A stretch of 63,944 nt of DNA, counting the filler, from Collodictyon triciliatum (taxonomy: Eukaryota), in assembly GCA_043381765.1 (NCBI GenBank). It is 20 parts of 20 records of this genome, joined end to end, with 100 filler letters (N's around TTAATTAATTAA, not from the genome) between each part and the next. Parts side by side here need not be neighbours in the genome. Positions count along the whole stretch, not along the records: positions 52,944 to 56,146 come from JBHJMP010007652.1; positions 56,247 to 59,445 come from JBHJMP010007653.1; positions 59,546 to 62,745 come from JBHJMP010007654.1; positions 62,846 to 63,944 come from JBHJMP010007814.1; 16 more parts are not named here. One strand, written 5' to 3'. A program made the position numbers and the translations under genes. Numbering within the stretch: position 1 is the stretch's first letter; each line of letters opens with the position of its first letter. Shown here one piece after another: positions 52,944 through 63,944 of this stretch. The notes beneath the pieces are model-generated. The model was not told the origin of the DNA and made no database searches. It saw only the letters and a list, made by a program, of their open reading frames with translations.

Positions 52944-53629
52944 CGCATCAGTCCTGACCTCCTCTATGGGTATACCGACCATCATGCCCATACCCTACCC
53001 CAAACGAACCCATTAACAGACTCCCTGAGCCGGGAGACTGCAGGCAGCTAACACCTCATGACACGTGAGTCCTGAATAGCTGACCAAATCCACTTGCAAG
53101 ACCTGCGGTAACAAAGCCACAACTCCCGACTTTGGTTGAGAGGGACACCAGGGTATGGAAGCTTATAGCCATAGGATTCTTTTACAAGCAAGAGGGAGAG
53201 GTCCCTTCGACAACCCCTACTGAAAAGACCCTAATACGGTCTGGAAGGAGGTGAGTCAATCATGCAGAGAAGTCCTCTTTGCACTCGACCTAGTGCTTAT
53301 CAAACGAACCTCACTTCTCTTTTCACCATCCTTTTCGACAGCTTGCGCCATCAAAGCAGTATTCCCCCACCTCCATCCAATCAATATCACCCGTCCTTTT
53401 TTTTTTCTCATGCTCGTGGGACACTATCACGCGTCCCCGAAAGAAATCCATGCGTCTCTTATCAAGCCTCAAGGACACCTCTTTTCCCTTTTTTCTTTAT
53501 TTTTATCCCTGTTTTTCTTTTCTATCTCCCACACATCCCCACCTACTTTGGAACTACTTGCCTGATGGTTGAATGAAAGATTGTTGAGACGGGCTCAACA
53601 GCTAAGATTTTTAGAATAAAATAAAAAAA
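52944..53629 (+). mobile_element. 3' portion of a decayed non-LTR retrotransposon (family C) with A-rich tail
   Basis: A decayed ORF with a CKTCG..TTPDF zinc-knuckle-like remnant and a pyrimidine-rich 3' UTR. The terminal ~70 nt are shared with the TSD-flanked copy at 7880-7947. Confidence 0.65.
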
Positions 53630-53920
53630 TTATAATTCGTGAATAAAAAAATAAATGTTAACCTCTGTCTTGATTGACACGCCATGTTAATCTGATAATT
53701 CCACAAATGTATATTTATTAAATCTAAAATATTTATCTCAATTTGGACATCATAGTTTAGGCGTGTTGCGGCTTGTGTTTTGGCGCGAGTGGGATGAGTA
53801 AATCAACGCAACGCGTGCTTGAGAGTTGTGCGAATGGCGTCGGGTGATGGAGGCGAGAGGTTTTCTTTTCTGTGTGGCTTTCCCAGATAACCCGCTGATC
53901 CCTGCTTTGTGCGAAGGAAA

Positions 53921-54784
53921 ATGTCTGTCCGGGTTTTGAGCGAGCGGATCATCAAGAAGGGAATGGAGGGGAAGGTGATTGACTTGATGCAGAAGATGCG
54001 CTCCTCTGCTATATTTGCCCGTGGCTTTGTGTCGGCCGAGGCTGTGCGGTATGATTTCACTTTTTCTTTTTCTTTTTCTTTTTCTTTTTCTTTTTCTTTT
54101 TCTTTTTCCGATGTGTGTAACTCCGACAGATTTTCCCCCATTTCCCTGCTTCAAAGCCAATTATACAGCTTTTTTTTAATTAAGTGTATGATATCACATG
54201 CATTAGTCATTTACAATCGAATATTTAGTGAGGTTTCGCAACCACAGCGTTATGTCATTTGGTCGACCTGGCATCATATGGACGACTGGTTTATCATCTT
54301 TCTTTTTCACCTGCTTTCCACTTATTTTTATTTCCACTATTTCTTATTTCTTAGTTCATCTTTTATATTTGAGGTTGTGTATCCGCGATTACATCACAAA
54401 TATCTCACGCTTACAATTGTACCCTAAAAAACATCGTAACAATTAATGGAAAAAATAACTAAAAAGCTAAATTACAAAACAATCCTTGTATGTGCATAGG
54501 ATGCGCTGGGTGAATGATACAAGTCGCTCTGGTATGTATTTCCCAATTAATAGTTTTTTTATTCATATTTTGAAACTGGGGCATGCTTTGAATTATCACA
54601 TCATATAATACGACCCTTTCATTCTTTTCTTCTTTTTTCTTTCTTTCATGTGAATCGTATGAAAAATATTTATCTTATCATATGTAACACAGACCTTATG
54701 CGTGAGATGGACAACTGTCTTGAAGCCCCCGCCACCCACCGCATTTTCCGCACCTCCCAGGAGAAATATGATCTGGTCCATTAA
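53921..54784 (+). CDS. Antibiotic biosynthesis monooxygenase (ABM)-like dimeric alpha/beta-barrel protein, complete, 4 exons
   Basis: MSVRVLSERIIKKGMEGKVIDLMQKMRSSAIFARGFVSAEAVR|EVSQPQRYVIWSTWHHMDDW|MRWVNDTSRS|DLMREMDNCLEAPATHRIFRTSQEKYDLVH*. The GF.S.E, Y...STW....W..W pattern and ~105 aa length fit ABM. Confidence 0.82.
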
Positions 54785-55564
54785 ACTTATTAAAATGATA
54801 ATAAAAAAAATAAGGTGGACAGAACCAAGAAAGAAATAAAATAAACAGCATAAGTTAAAATAGAAAAACAAAGAACATTAGTAGCATCTCAATGATTAAT
54901 CCCACTCGAGAAAATATTGACTCAGTCCAAACCTTCTGACAATTTTTATAACATAAAATTTTAATTTTGCAAAGTAATATTATCGCTGCTCATATGATAA
55001 CCCGATTATGTCGCAATTATCAAGAAATTTTGAAGTTGTAGCTATTCTCTTGAAACAAAGCTAACCAATATTTGAAAATTGTTTTATCAGGTAACCTATT
55101 ATTATTTTTGTTGTTGTTTTATAACTAGTGTATTGAATTTTGGTGACATCATGCACATTTAAATTCCGTCTTTATTTTCACCAGAACCAGGATGATGTTA
55201 TCATGTGCATGTCATCAGGTTGTGAAGAAAGGTGCAAAAGTGTGACTTTTTATGTTCATGTTTGCCCCTGAGATGCGTTTCTGTGCTCCTTAGCAAATCA
55301 AGAACACACATGCTGTGTTTTGTCGGGTTGAAAATGTTGAGTTTATCGTTCTTCAAGCACCCTCCATTTTCAAATGCAATATCTACCGAGTCCGAGTTGC
55401 AGCTTTACAGAATGCATATTTCATTTCAAGAACTTCACGCTACAGCGGCGCCAATTAACCCCCCCACCCCCAGGTGGGTTTTATTCAGGCTTTGGTGGAC
55501 GCCCCAACTTGTCCTGCCTGATGGCTCTATTAAAGTACGAATTGCTTCGAACATCGCAACCATG

Positions 55565-55641
55565 AAACATGGCTTAAGATTTTTTTTTTTTATTCTTCCT
55601 TTCAATTTTGTGCAGGACCGAGGGTAAACATGGCTTAAGAT
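55565..55641 (-). mobile_element. Short poly(A) retro-insertion with perfect 16-bp TSD (family D)
   Basis: aaacatggcttaagat (55565-55580 and 55626-55641) flanks (T)n ATTCTTCCTTTCAATTTTGTGCAGGACCGAGGGT. Confidence 0.85.
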
Positions 55642-56050
55642 AAAGATACCACAGGAAGGTTTTGTTTATTCGAGGGAAGTCCTCATGCGATTGGGAAGGG
55701 AATAGAAACTTGGTCATGTTTAATCAATCGAAACCTAAAACAAAAGAGGGGCATTGCGAAGGCGGATGTGCGTTATTATTTGTAAAAACGATGTGCTTAT
55801 TTTACTGTCGCTAATCTGGCTCGAAAAAAATAAAGAATTAAAACACCCCACTTTTTTTATTCTCCCCAGTCCGACTGCGCTGTATGCCATGAAATCCAAT
55901 CCTGTTTGCACATTCAACGTGCTCGTTGTTGGTATTCTCTGTATTTTCTTTCCATTGAAACAAACAGCGCAACAACAAACAATTCGGGTGAACCCCACTC
56001 TTTTTTTCTGAATCCCTGGAAAACTACGATTTATAGAGCCGTCGCACTCC

Positions 56051-56146
<96 letters not shown>

Positions 56147-56247
56147 NNNNNNNNNNNNNNNNNNNNNNNNNNNNNNNNNNNNNNNNNNNNTTAATTAATT
56201 AANNNNNNNNNNNNNNNNNNNNNNNNNNNNNNNNNNNNNNNNNNNNG

Positions 56248-56321
<74 letters not shown>

Positions 56322-56759
56322 GATGTTGCTGTTGTTGTATTTTTCCTTATCTTTCTTTTTTCTTTTGTTTTTTTCTCCTTTTTTTCATTTTCCTTTTCTT
56401 CTCTTTTTCTTTTCCTCTGTCGTTTCCTTTCCTTTCTTTTCGGTCTCATTCAGCCTGTAAATGGATAATCATCATTACAAAGGTTGTGACGAACTTGGTT
56501 TTATCCCTTTCAGGACACTGCACTTTCTATACAACGAAAGTGTACCCATATATAATGCATTTTATTGCACAGACAACCATCGAATTAAATCTGGATTGAC
56601 AAGAACAGGAGCTTTGATAAATCCAAGAAGCAACCTGAAAAATATAATAGTATAGTTAGTATATATAATAAGGTTAAAAATACTAAATAATCTCATTTAT
56701 TCATATAATCAATTTATATTTTATTTTTCATTATGTAATCCGGCCACCAAGTAGCGTCC

Positions 56760-59228
56760 ATGCAAACGATGGCTAGCGAACCAAAGCCAACANNNNNNNN
56801 NNNNNNNNNNNNNNNNNNNNNNNNNNNNNNNNNNNNNNNNNNNNNNNNNNNNNNNNNNNNNNNNNNNNNNNNNNNNNNNNNNNNNNNNNNNNNNNNNNNN
56901 NNNNNNNNNNNNNNNNNNNNNNNNNNNNNNNNNNNNNNNNNNNNNNNNNNNNNNNNNNNNNNNNNNNNNNNNNNNNNNNNNNNNNNNNNNNNNNNNNNNN
57001 NNNNNNNNNNNNNNNNNNNNNNNNNNNNNNNNNNNNNNNNNNNNNNNNNNNNNNNNNNNNNNNNNNNNNNNNNNNNNNNNNNNNNNNNNNNNNNNNNNNN
57101 NNNNNNNNNNNNNNNNNNNNNNNNNNNNNNNNNNNNNNNNNNNNNNNNNNNNNNNNNNNNNNNNNNNNNNNNNNNNNNNNNNNNNNNNNNNNNNNNNNNN
57201 NNNNNNNNNNNNNNNNNNNNNNNNNNNNNNNNNNNNNNNNNNNNNNNNNNNNNNNNNNNNNNNNNNNNNNNNNNNNNNNNNNNNNNNNNNNNNNNNNNNN
57301 NNNNNNNNNNNNNNNNNNNNNNNNNNNNNNNTCTAAAGTCGATTGTAAAGAATGCAGATGACTATGATAAAATCAAGGCACCGTTTTATTGTGTCATAAT
57401 TCGGTTACCGACACTTGTCTGTTTGCAAGATGTTACATATTGAAATCACAACAACTCTCAACAATTGATGAAATGTTTTTTTCGCACGCTTTAAAGACAA
57501 TCGGAATAGTTTCAAAAGATAGACCCACAAAATGAAAGCATCCAGAAATGAGAGAAGACATGATGACATTTTATCTCTACGATTTTCGATTTCCTTTGTC
57601 TCGAGAAGAACGCTTTCCGTTGGTTGGACTGTCTCATGTATTACCGTACTTGGAGAAGCAAATGTTAACTTATCATAATAACATAAGGAACATTTTTTAA
57701 AGAGGTTTCTGCGCTTTATAAATCAAACAGTTCCTGAAGATGAGAATATTACTGAAGCTATTAAAAAATGCAGAGCTATGGAAAAAAAAAAGCCATCTTC
57801 AAGAATCTCGAAATACCAAAAACCACAAAGATGGACTGTAACGCATTTGAATCGTATCATCCCAGCGATATTGTAAAAGGTGTCGGATATGACGCCAAAG
57901 TCAATCCAAAGAAGTACATTCCATGTCTGATTTACATAAATGGCATTTTTGGGGCATTCTAGCCAAACTGCTTCAACCATTCTCTATAAGAACTACCAAT
58001 ATACGAAGTCATATTACTCTAGATACCGCATGTTTGATATATCTATTAGTACCAACTGGAAAAACATCATTAATGAAGAATACATCAGGATGCTAAGAGA
58101 CCATATGGGATAAGTTCTTTGAAATGAAGAAGAGGGTCATTCATCAAAGAGACTACAATTTTATATACATGATACAAACAGACGGCTTGGCGGTGTCATT
58201 ATTGTTTGAAAAGAAAGGTATTTCAAATTCAAAATCCAAATATAACCAAAAACCCCAAGAATGTGTTTATACAGATGAACTTTCCGAAGAGCATTTATCT
58301 TCATTAGCGACAAAAAAAAAAAAAAAATAGTTGGAGTGGACGCAGGCAAGTTTAATTTGGTTTACATGGTGGATGAGACAGGTAAGAAATTACGTTACAC
58401 GGCACACCAAAGAAGACATGATAGCAAATCTCTTAAAAATCACAAAATGCTCTTGCGCGAGAAAAAAGAAAAATACAATTCTTCACGGATATGCATGACA
58501 AACAGGTTTACAAAGTGCTGTTTCTTTTGGTCTCATGGCTTTTGAAGAGAATCAGCAGTTTGAGGCATCAAGAGTATCTTTAATCGATTTAGAGATAGAA
58601 CTGAGTAAATATAATTCATGTACGGTCGATTATGAAAAATTTCGAAAATATGTATCTATGAAGTCAAGATACCAGATAGAATTATCCACATTTTATGAAC
58701 AAGTAGCTTTTCAAAAGATGAGATGGAGACAATATGTTAATACAAAAAGAAGTGAACCATTGTTAATGGACCGAATCGAAAAGACATTTGGCAAGGATGT
58801 TGTACTGGCGTATGGAGACTGGAGCAGAAAATGTCCGATGAAACATTTTATGATATCAATCGGAGGACAATGCATCATTTTTGAATCGAATAAAGGAAAA
58901 AAAAAAAATGATATCAATCGGAAGAGGGTTACGAAAAAAAAACTATCCAAACGTTTTGAAACAGTGAGTGTATATGAATTTAGAACTTCCAAGTTGTGTT
59001 ACAACTGCGAAAAAGAACTGGATTATATGACACTGAAAGGAAATACAAAAAAAAAGTGCATAGATATCTCATATTTAAAGAATGAAATCGGTCAGAAAGC
59101 AAACTGCATTCTTGACAAAGGACTTTAACAGCGCTTATAATATACTCAACAAAGTTCTTTCAATCCTTCAAAATATGCAGGTTGTTGGGTCTTTCCTGGC
59201 AGCCTTCACCACCACACAACCTTTGTGA
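56760..59228 (+). pseudogene. Fanzor1 (eukaryotic TnpB/Cas12-related RNA-guided endonuclease), disrupted
   Basis: Across frameshifts: LKSIVK..; YLEKQMLT.HNNI.EHFLKRFLRFIN; YDAKVNPKKYIPCLIYIN; KLLQPFSIRTTNI.SHITLDT; YNFIYMIQTDGLAVSLLF; RuvC-I IVGVDAG (D at 58339); LAYGDWS; RuvC-II VYEFRTSKLCYNC (E at 58976); RuvC-III KDFNSAYNIL (D at 59121). No introns. Part of the N-terminal region is hidden by the N gap at 56793-57331. Confidence 0.9.
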
Positions 59229-59298
59229 AAAAAGTGTTGAGACCTTGGATACTTGCGCACCAGGTTTAATCAATCTTTCGACAGTATATTCCTCCTTG
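59178..59298 (+). ncRNA. Candidate Fanzor omegaRNA scaffold / element right end
   Basis: Overlaps and follows the end of the Fanzor ORF. Conserved with 23400-23524 up to CTTG|T (CTAG|T there), after which the flanks are unrelated. Contains stem-loops CACA-ACCTT-TGTG and ACCTTGG..CCAGGT. Confidence 0.7.
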
Positions 59299-59545
59299 TA
59301 TATCCATAGCAATCCGCCAGAAAGACACCGCACCGATCGGAGCACAAAAGAGATCCAATAATTTTGACAGGCGCCGATGGAAAAGCTGCCAATATCACCC
59401 GAAAAGGCATCACGATGATTTCACCGAAAATTCCCCCGCCTTTCGNNNNNNNNNNNNNNNNNNNNNNNNNNNNNNNNNNNNNNNNNNNNTTAATTAATTA
59501 ANNNNNNNNNNNNNNNNNNNNNNNNNNNNNNNNNNNNNNNNNNNN

Positions 59546-59662
<117 letters not shown>

Positions 59663-59670
59663 GCATTTAC

Positions 59671-61011
59671 GACGTAGTCAACAGCTAGAAGCGGTTGGAA
59701 AACAACTCGTGAACGCAGATCACCTAGAGCCTCGTAAAGGTTTTGCTGTTCACCAGAATGTAGTCCGTCAGCCCAGGAGAAGGTCCGGTCGATGTTAAGA
59801 GCGATGGTACGGGGATTATAGCTCTTTATAGATGGGTATATTGATTATTTTCAAGTGTCATAATTGCGTGATTTTTTCTTTTTTCGAAATGAATAAAATA
59901 CTTGATGATATTTTTTTATGTGATACAAGTCCATCTGAGCCTTTTAGTATCTACGCCCCTATCTACCTTAATCAGTGCCACAGCTTGCTCTAATTCTCCT
60001 TGATAAAGCCCGATAAAATCGTTCCTCTTGACTCCATCGGGGCCATTGTATAAAACTATGACAGTGCGTCTCCGTCCAAAGAATCTTTTTATTTTAAAAA
60101 AAATTATTATTAACAATCATAATCATAAAAATCACACTGATACTACTAAATAACTAAATGAGTAAATAAATACATAATATTCAGCAATTATCTTGATTCA
60201 ACGAGAAAAATGAAATAGGACAAGGAGAATGATAAAAATTGATGATGAGGAGAAGGAACCACTGGGCAATTAGTCAATATTTATCAACCTTGTAGGATAC
60301 TTCAGACTCCAGAATACAGTGTCCTCAGCATACTCGAGCATGGAAAGAAGCCAAACATCGACGCTGTATTCTTTCATAAGCTTTGGGAGGACTGTATTGA
60401 TCCTAAGTTTCGAATATATAGTTAGAAGAAAAAAAATACCATTCATGTATATACACATCACCGGAATGATTTCTTGTGAATATCGAGTTTCCAAAATACA
60501 AGGAACCTTTCGTTAAGCCAGACATCCATCTCAGATGTTTGTTGTCTCAGAGAAGGAAGAGACGATCGGACGATAGCACCATCACTCAACTAAACATTAG
60601 AAAAGACAAGGAAGGGCATTAGAAGCCGACTACAAAATACAACACAAGACGCAGATAACGTCGAAAGAAGGAACATGACAACATAGAAGAGAATACACAA
60701 AAACATCACAAAGACAAACCAATAAAAGAGACGGCATGGAAATAATAGAAGGGAAGGCAAAGGGTTTGTTTTTGGTAAAGAGGAACGTCGAAGGTAATCA
60801 CGGCGGTGGTTATTCTGTCAAACAACTTCTCCATCTACTTGATTGCAGCAAACACAAGTCTGCATCAGTCTTTGGTTTTTTTTCTTTTTTTCTTTTTTTC
60901 CTCTTTATTCGATTGTCTTTGACTCTTTGTTACCTGCTGAATCGGAACCGAAGCAACCAATGGGATCGCAGTCGCAAATACAAGCACAGCGACAAAGAAG
61001 GAGGCCTTCAT
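59671..61011 (-). CDS. Secreted M24-family (Xaa-Pro aminopeptidase-like) metallopeptidase, 5' part
   Basis: Signal peptide MKASFFVAVLVFATAIPLVAS; LPSLRQQ...WLNERINTVLPKLMKEYSVDVWLLSMLEYAEDTVFWSL..TRFFGRRRTV; YNPRTIALNIDRTFSWADGLHSGE. These motifs match the N-terminal domain of a bacterial/fungal M24 subfamily. The catalytic domain lies beyond the contig. Confidence 0.78.
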
Positions 61012-61369
61012 TCTGCTTGTTTCATAGAAAGAAGAGTTACTGAGTTGCTTCAGCCGCAGCAGCGAAAGGCGACGGAGGCCATGATAAATCAACAGTTGTG
61101 ATGTTCGGCAAAGAGCCCAGAAAGACGCGAGAAAACAGATCACTGATCGACGTTTGGAGAACAAGATTATTATATAGGAAGAATAAAAGATGTAAAGTTT
61201 TTTCAAAGAAAAAGATACTCGAAGACAAAGTAAACAAAGAAAACAAAGAAAAAGAAAACAAAGAAAACATAGAAAACTGAGTCGCAAAGGATACATTCAG
61301 AAATCAAACACGTCTTTTCGTGTTTACCATACTGGTTTGCAAGACTGCATGCGCGTGACATATATTGAT

Positions 61370-62170
61370 TCAAGGTGATTTATAGGACGAGTCTTCTGGG
61401 CATTGAAAGAATGAGTGTGCGCTATCTGCACACGTTCCTTGAGCCATCAGTTCTGAGTGAGGCGAAGAATATCCTATCGGGGTGGAGAAAAAAAGAATAA
61501 AAATCAAACAGATAAATAGTAACCATCTGTTGTTTCCTTCATCGCTGCCGATATAATAATAACAATCACACATGTAATACAAATTGTTCGGCTCAACACG
61601 GCGATATGATACATGAGCCGTGGCAGACGAACAAACCTGCAGAATGTTTCCGGCAGACTTCAAGCGGTTTAGAGTCTTTCTTGATTGCTCAATAGGCACA
61701 TCCGAAAGTAAATCAGTCTCGGGCTCGTCGAAGTGAAGCTCTTGTGTGGCCAGCGCGATGGGGGTGGGGAGCTTTTGTCTTTTGTACACGGGAGTCTGAG
61801 TGTTTCGTGGATTTGTCCTCCGCTTAATTTTTCGTGATGTCTCTTTGATTTATGATGATTGATTCTGGATTCATGCATGTATGTATGTAACATAAACTCT
61901 TTATCACAAGATATGGGAAGGAGAGTTTATGATATACATCGATGACTGCAATAAATATGTAGCAATATTATCACGCCAATCCTTTTTTCTTCTTCTAATG
62001 ATTACCACAGGTGACATCGGGATATCAGTAAGAGTGGGTTTAGTAATGCTGTTATTGGCGGGTGGTTTTGGAGACGAGTGATCATTTTTATCGTTCGGGC
62101 CCTTGTCTGATTCCGATGATGAATTCCGCTTTTGCAGCGCATTAAGCTCAGATTGAAGGTCTAGCAATAG
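61370..62170 (-). CDS. 3' exons of an unknown low-complexity/coiled-coil protein
   Basis: Exon-like segments DLQSELNALQKRNSSSESD..IPMSP, YKRQKLPTPIALATQELHFDEPE..AGNILQ and GYSSPHSE..KSP*. Confidence 0.45.
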
Positions 62171-62890
62171 GACAACAGTAATTCACTGATTCTAAATAAA
62201 TCCACATGAATTTTAAATAAAAAAGAAGAAAAGATGAGAAAATGAATCTAAGTGAATGAATTGATTGTATCTTTTCTCTTGTTTTCCTTTATATCTTTTG
62301 CGTACCTCGTAGCTCATCTTTGAGTCTCTGTATTATCTCAGAACTTTGAGCTTTGTCCTCATTATACTCTTCCTTTTTTTTATCATGTGTGTAAATTAAA
62401 ATGATTTCAGACTATTCTCAACGTTTAGTTATCAAAATGAGCTCCATGCTATGAAATATAATTCCAATACTGATGTGGTTAAGTAAAATCACAAGTGAGA
62501 TAAACACAAATCTTTAATATAATTCCATTAACAACCCTAAGAATAACGAGCTGCTCAAACGCATTTTCGTACTTTATTGAAATATCGTCAATTAAGGCCA
62601 TGTTTTCTCTAAAATGTGTATTTGACAATTACCATCGTGAACCCGAATGCAGTAATAGTAAATCATATATAGAGCGAATATTGGACAGGAAATTCGTATA
62701 TTCATGCACTAAGGATTATGATATCACTATTATTACCGATCCCGTNNNNNNNNNNNNNNNNNNNNNNNNNNNNNNNNNNNNNNNNNNNNTTAATTAATTA
62801 ANNNNNNNNNNNNNNNNNNNNNNNNNNNNNNNNNNNNNNNNNNNNTTTTTTTTTTTTATTTTTTTTTTTTTTTTTTTTTTTAACCAAATA

Positions 62891-62929
<39 letters not shown>

Positions 62930-62949
62930 CGTATATATGAATCTAACAG

Positions 62950-63734
62950 ACCGAAATTTTGTAATTGCCCTGTGTAGCCAAAGCCAACCCCCATCAAACG
63001 TCACTCCGGATGGCGCCTCTTCTGCACCAATTGTATTGGACTTAAAGAATTGTCCGGCGGGCCCTTTGCCGGTGGAATTGAAGATGCGCAAACGACCACT
63101 ATCAACATTATTCTGCTCCACAGAGACCATACCATTTCATCTGGAGACATCGAAAAAGGATAGTATTGTTGTTAGAGCCATAAAAACTCCTATCCAGTCT
63201 AAAAATTGGGTCAATACAAATTCCAACGTAAAAAGTGCACAGCTGGAAAGAGATATTAGAAAGGTTACTGACTATATTGCCGACTTTAGTGATCTAAAAT
63301 TGATGCCGGATGAGCTGAAAGAACAGAGCGGTCTGCGGTTTGTTGCATACGAGAATTATGGTAATTCTGAGCAAAAGGTTGTGGGTTTCACCCGAGCCAC
63401 ACCAGTAAATATATGTGACACAGTTCACTCTCGTAAATTATTATCCATGGAGCGACTGCTTTTCAATGCTGGAATATATGTGTGTTTTAAGTTTGCATAC
63501 ATATATCAGAAAATTTTGATAGCATATTTCATTTTGTAATCGTGTGCTTGCAGACCACGAATGACTAAGCATGAGCACAAAATTAAACCATCCAGGTAAA
63601 TCACCCGAAGGCTGCTACGACATGGGAGAAGATTAGAAATGGATTATGTAATTTTTTCACATATTCAATGGGGACTGGATGCAGAAAATTGAGTGATGCC
63701 GATTTGGAGTACATCGCCTCTCGGATGAAGTTAG
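62950..63734 (+). CDS. Divergent STAT-like protein: DNA-binding and linker region, partial (exons 62950-63479, 63596-63734)
   Basis: ALCSQSQPP..; ADFSDLKLM..LRFVAY..ATPVNI; then a phase-0 splice to HPKAATTWEKIRNGLCNFFTYSMGTGCRKLSDADLEYIASRMKLG, resembling the STAT linker pattern W......L...F......R.L...DL.Y.....G. Confidence 0.55.
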
Positions 63735-63944
63735 GTAACATAATATCATAACTCCAAAAGGACATTAAGAAATACCTGATCTTTCCAAACAAGATTATTA
63801 TTAGTAGTGTTATTATTTATTAATAATTTTAGTANNNNNNNTAGTATTAGTATTAGTATTAGTATTAGTATTAGTATTAGTATTAGTATTAGTATTAGTA
63901 TTAGTATTAGTATTAGTATTAGTATTAGTATTAGTATTAGTATT

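Noticed and set aside
56461-56655. Short ORF upstream of the Fanzor as a Helitron RepHel C-terminus (LKNIIV vs TKNIVY)
   Set aside because: No convincing helicase motif (no YVALSR); the similarity is too weak.
36553-59075. In-frame TGA at conserved Trp/Cys positions (RT fragment, Fanzor zinc finger) suggesting a variant genetic code
   Set aside because: These occur only in decayed mobile elements. Intact host genes end in TGA, TAG and TAA and use TGG for Trp.
63842-63944. (TAGTAT)n at the window end as a telomeric repeat
   Set aside because: It is not G-rich, lies in an intron of the STAT-like gene, and resembles the other microsatellites.

Overview
This window is not one locus. It is about 20 unrelated draft-assembly contigs of ~3.2 kb, joined by artificial N44-TTAATTAATTAA-N44 spacers. 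They come from an AT-rich, intron-dense, microsatellite-rich eukaryote, probably a flagellated protist (BART/CFAP36-like and axonemal dynein light-chain-domain genes). Most listed ORFs are noise; real genes had to be rebuilt exon by exon: VPS33, a DsbA/FrnE-type oxidoreductase, an NHL-repeat protein, an RCC1-repeat protein, a BART protein, a calcineurin-B-like sensor, NAPE-PLD-like, AXDND1-like, a tandem cNMP-binding protein, translin, a LamG-EGF-filamin surface protein, a Cys-rich multi-TM protein, an ABM-domain protein, an M24 peptidase and a divergent STAT-like factor. The main highlight is a decayed Fanzor1 (eukaryotic TnpB-like RNA-guided nuclease) at 56760-59228. Its 3' noncoding module recurs as an orphan copy at 23400-23524 and ends in a Helitron-type hairpin + CTAG|T, which defines a candidate omegaRNA scaffold and element end. 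Other highlights: a family of 11-33 nt poly(A) retro-insertions with target-site duplications (7 copies, one inside the Fanzor, one duplicating a splice acceptor), and a U12-type GT-AT intron plus GC-AG introns. All family assignments are by-eye motif recognition; no searches were run.
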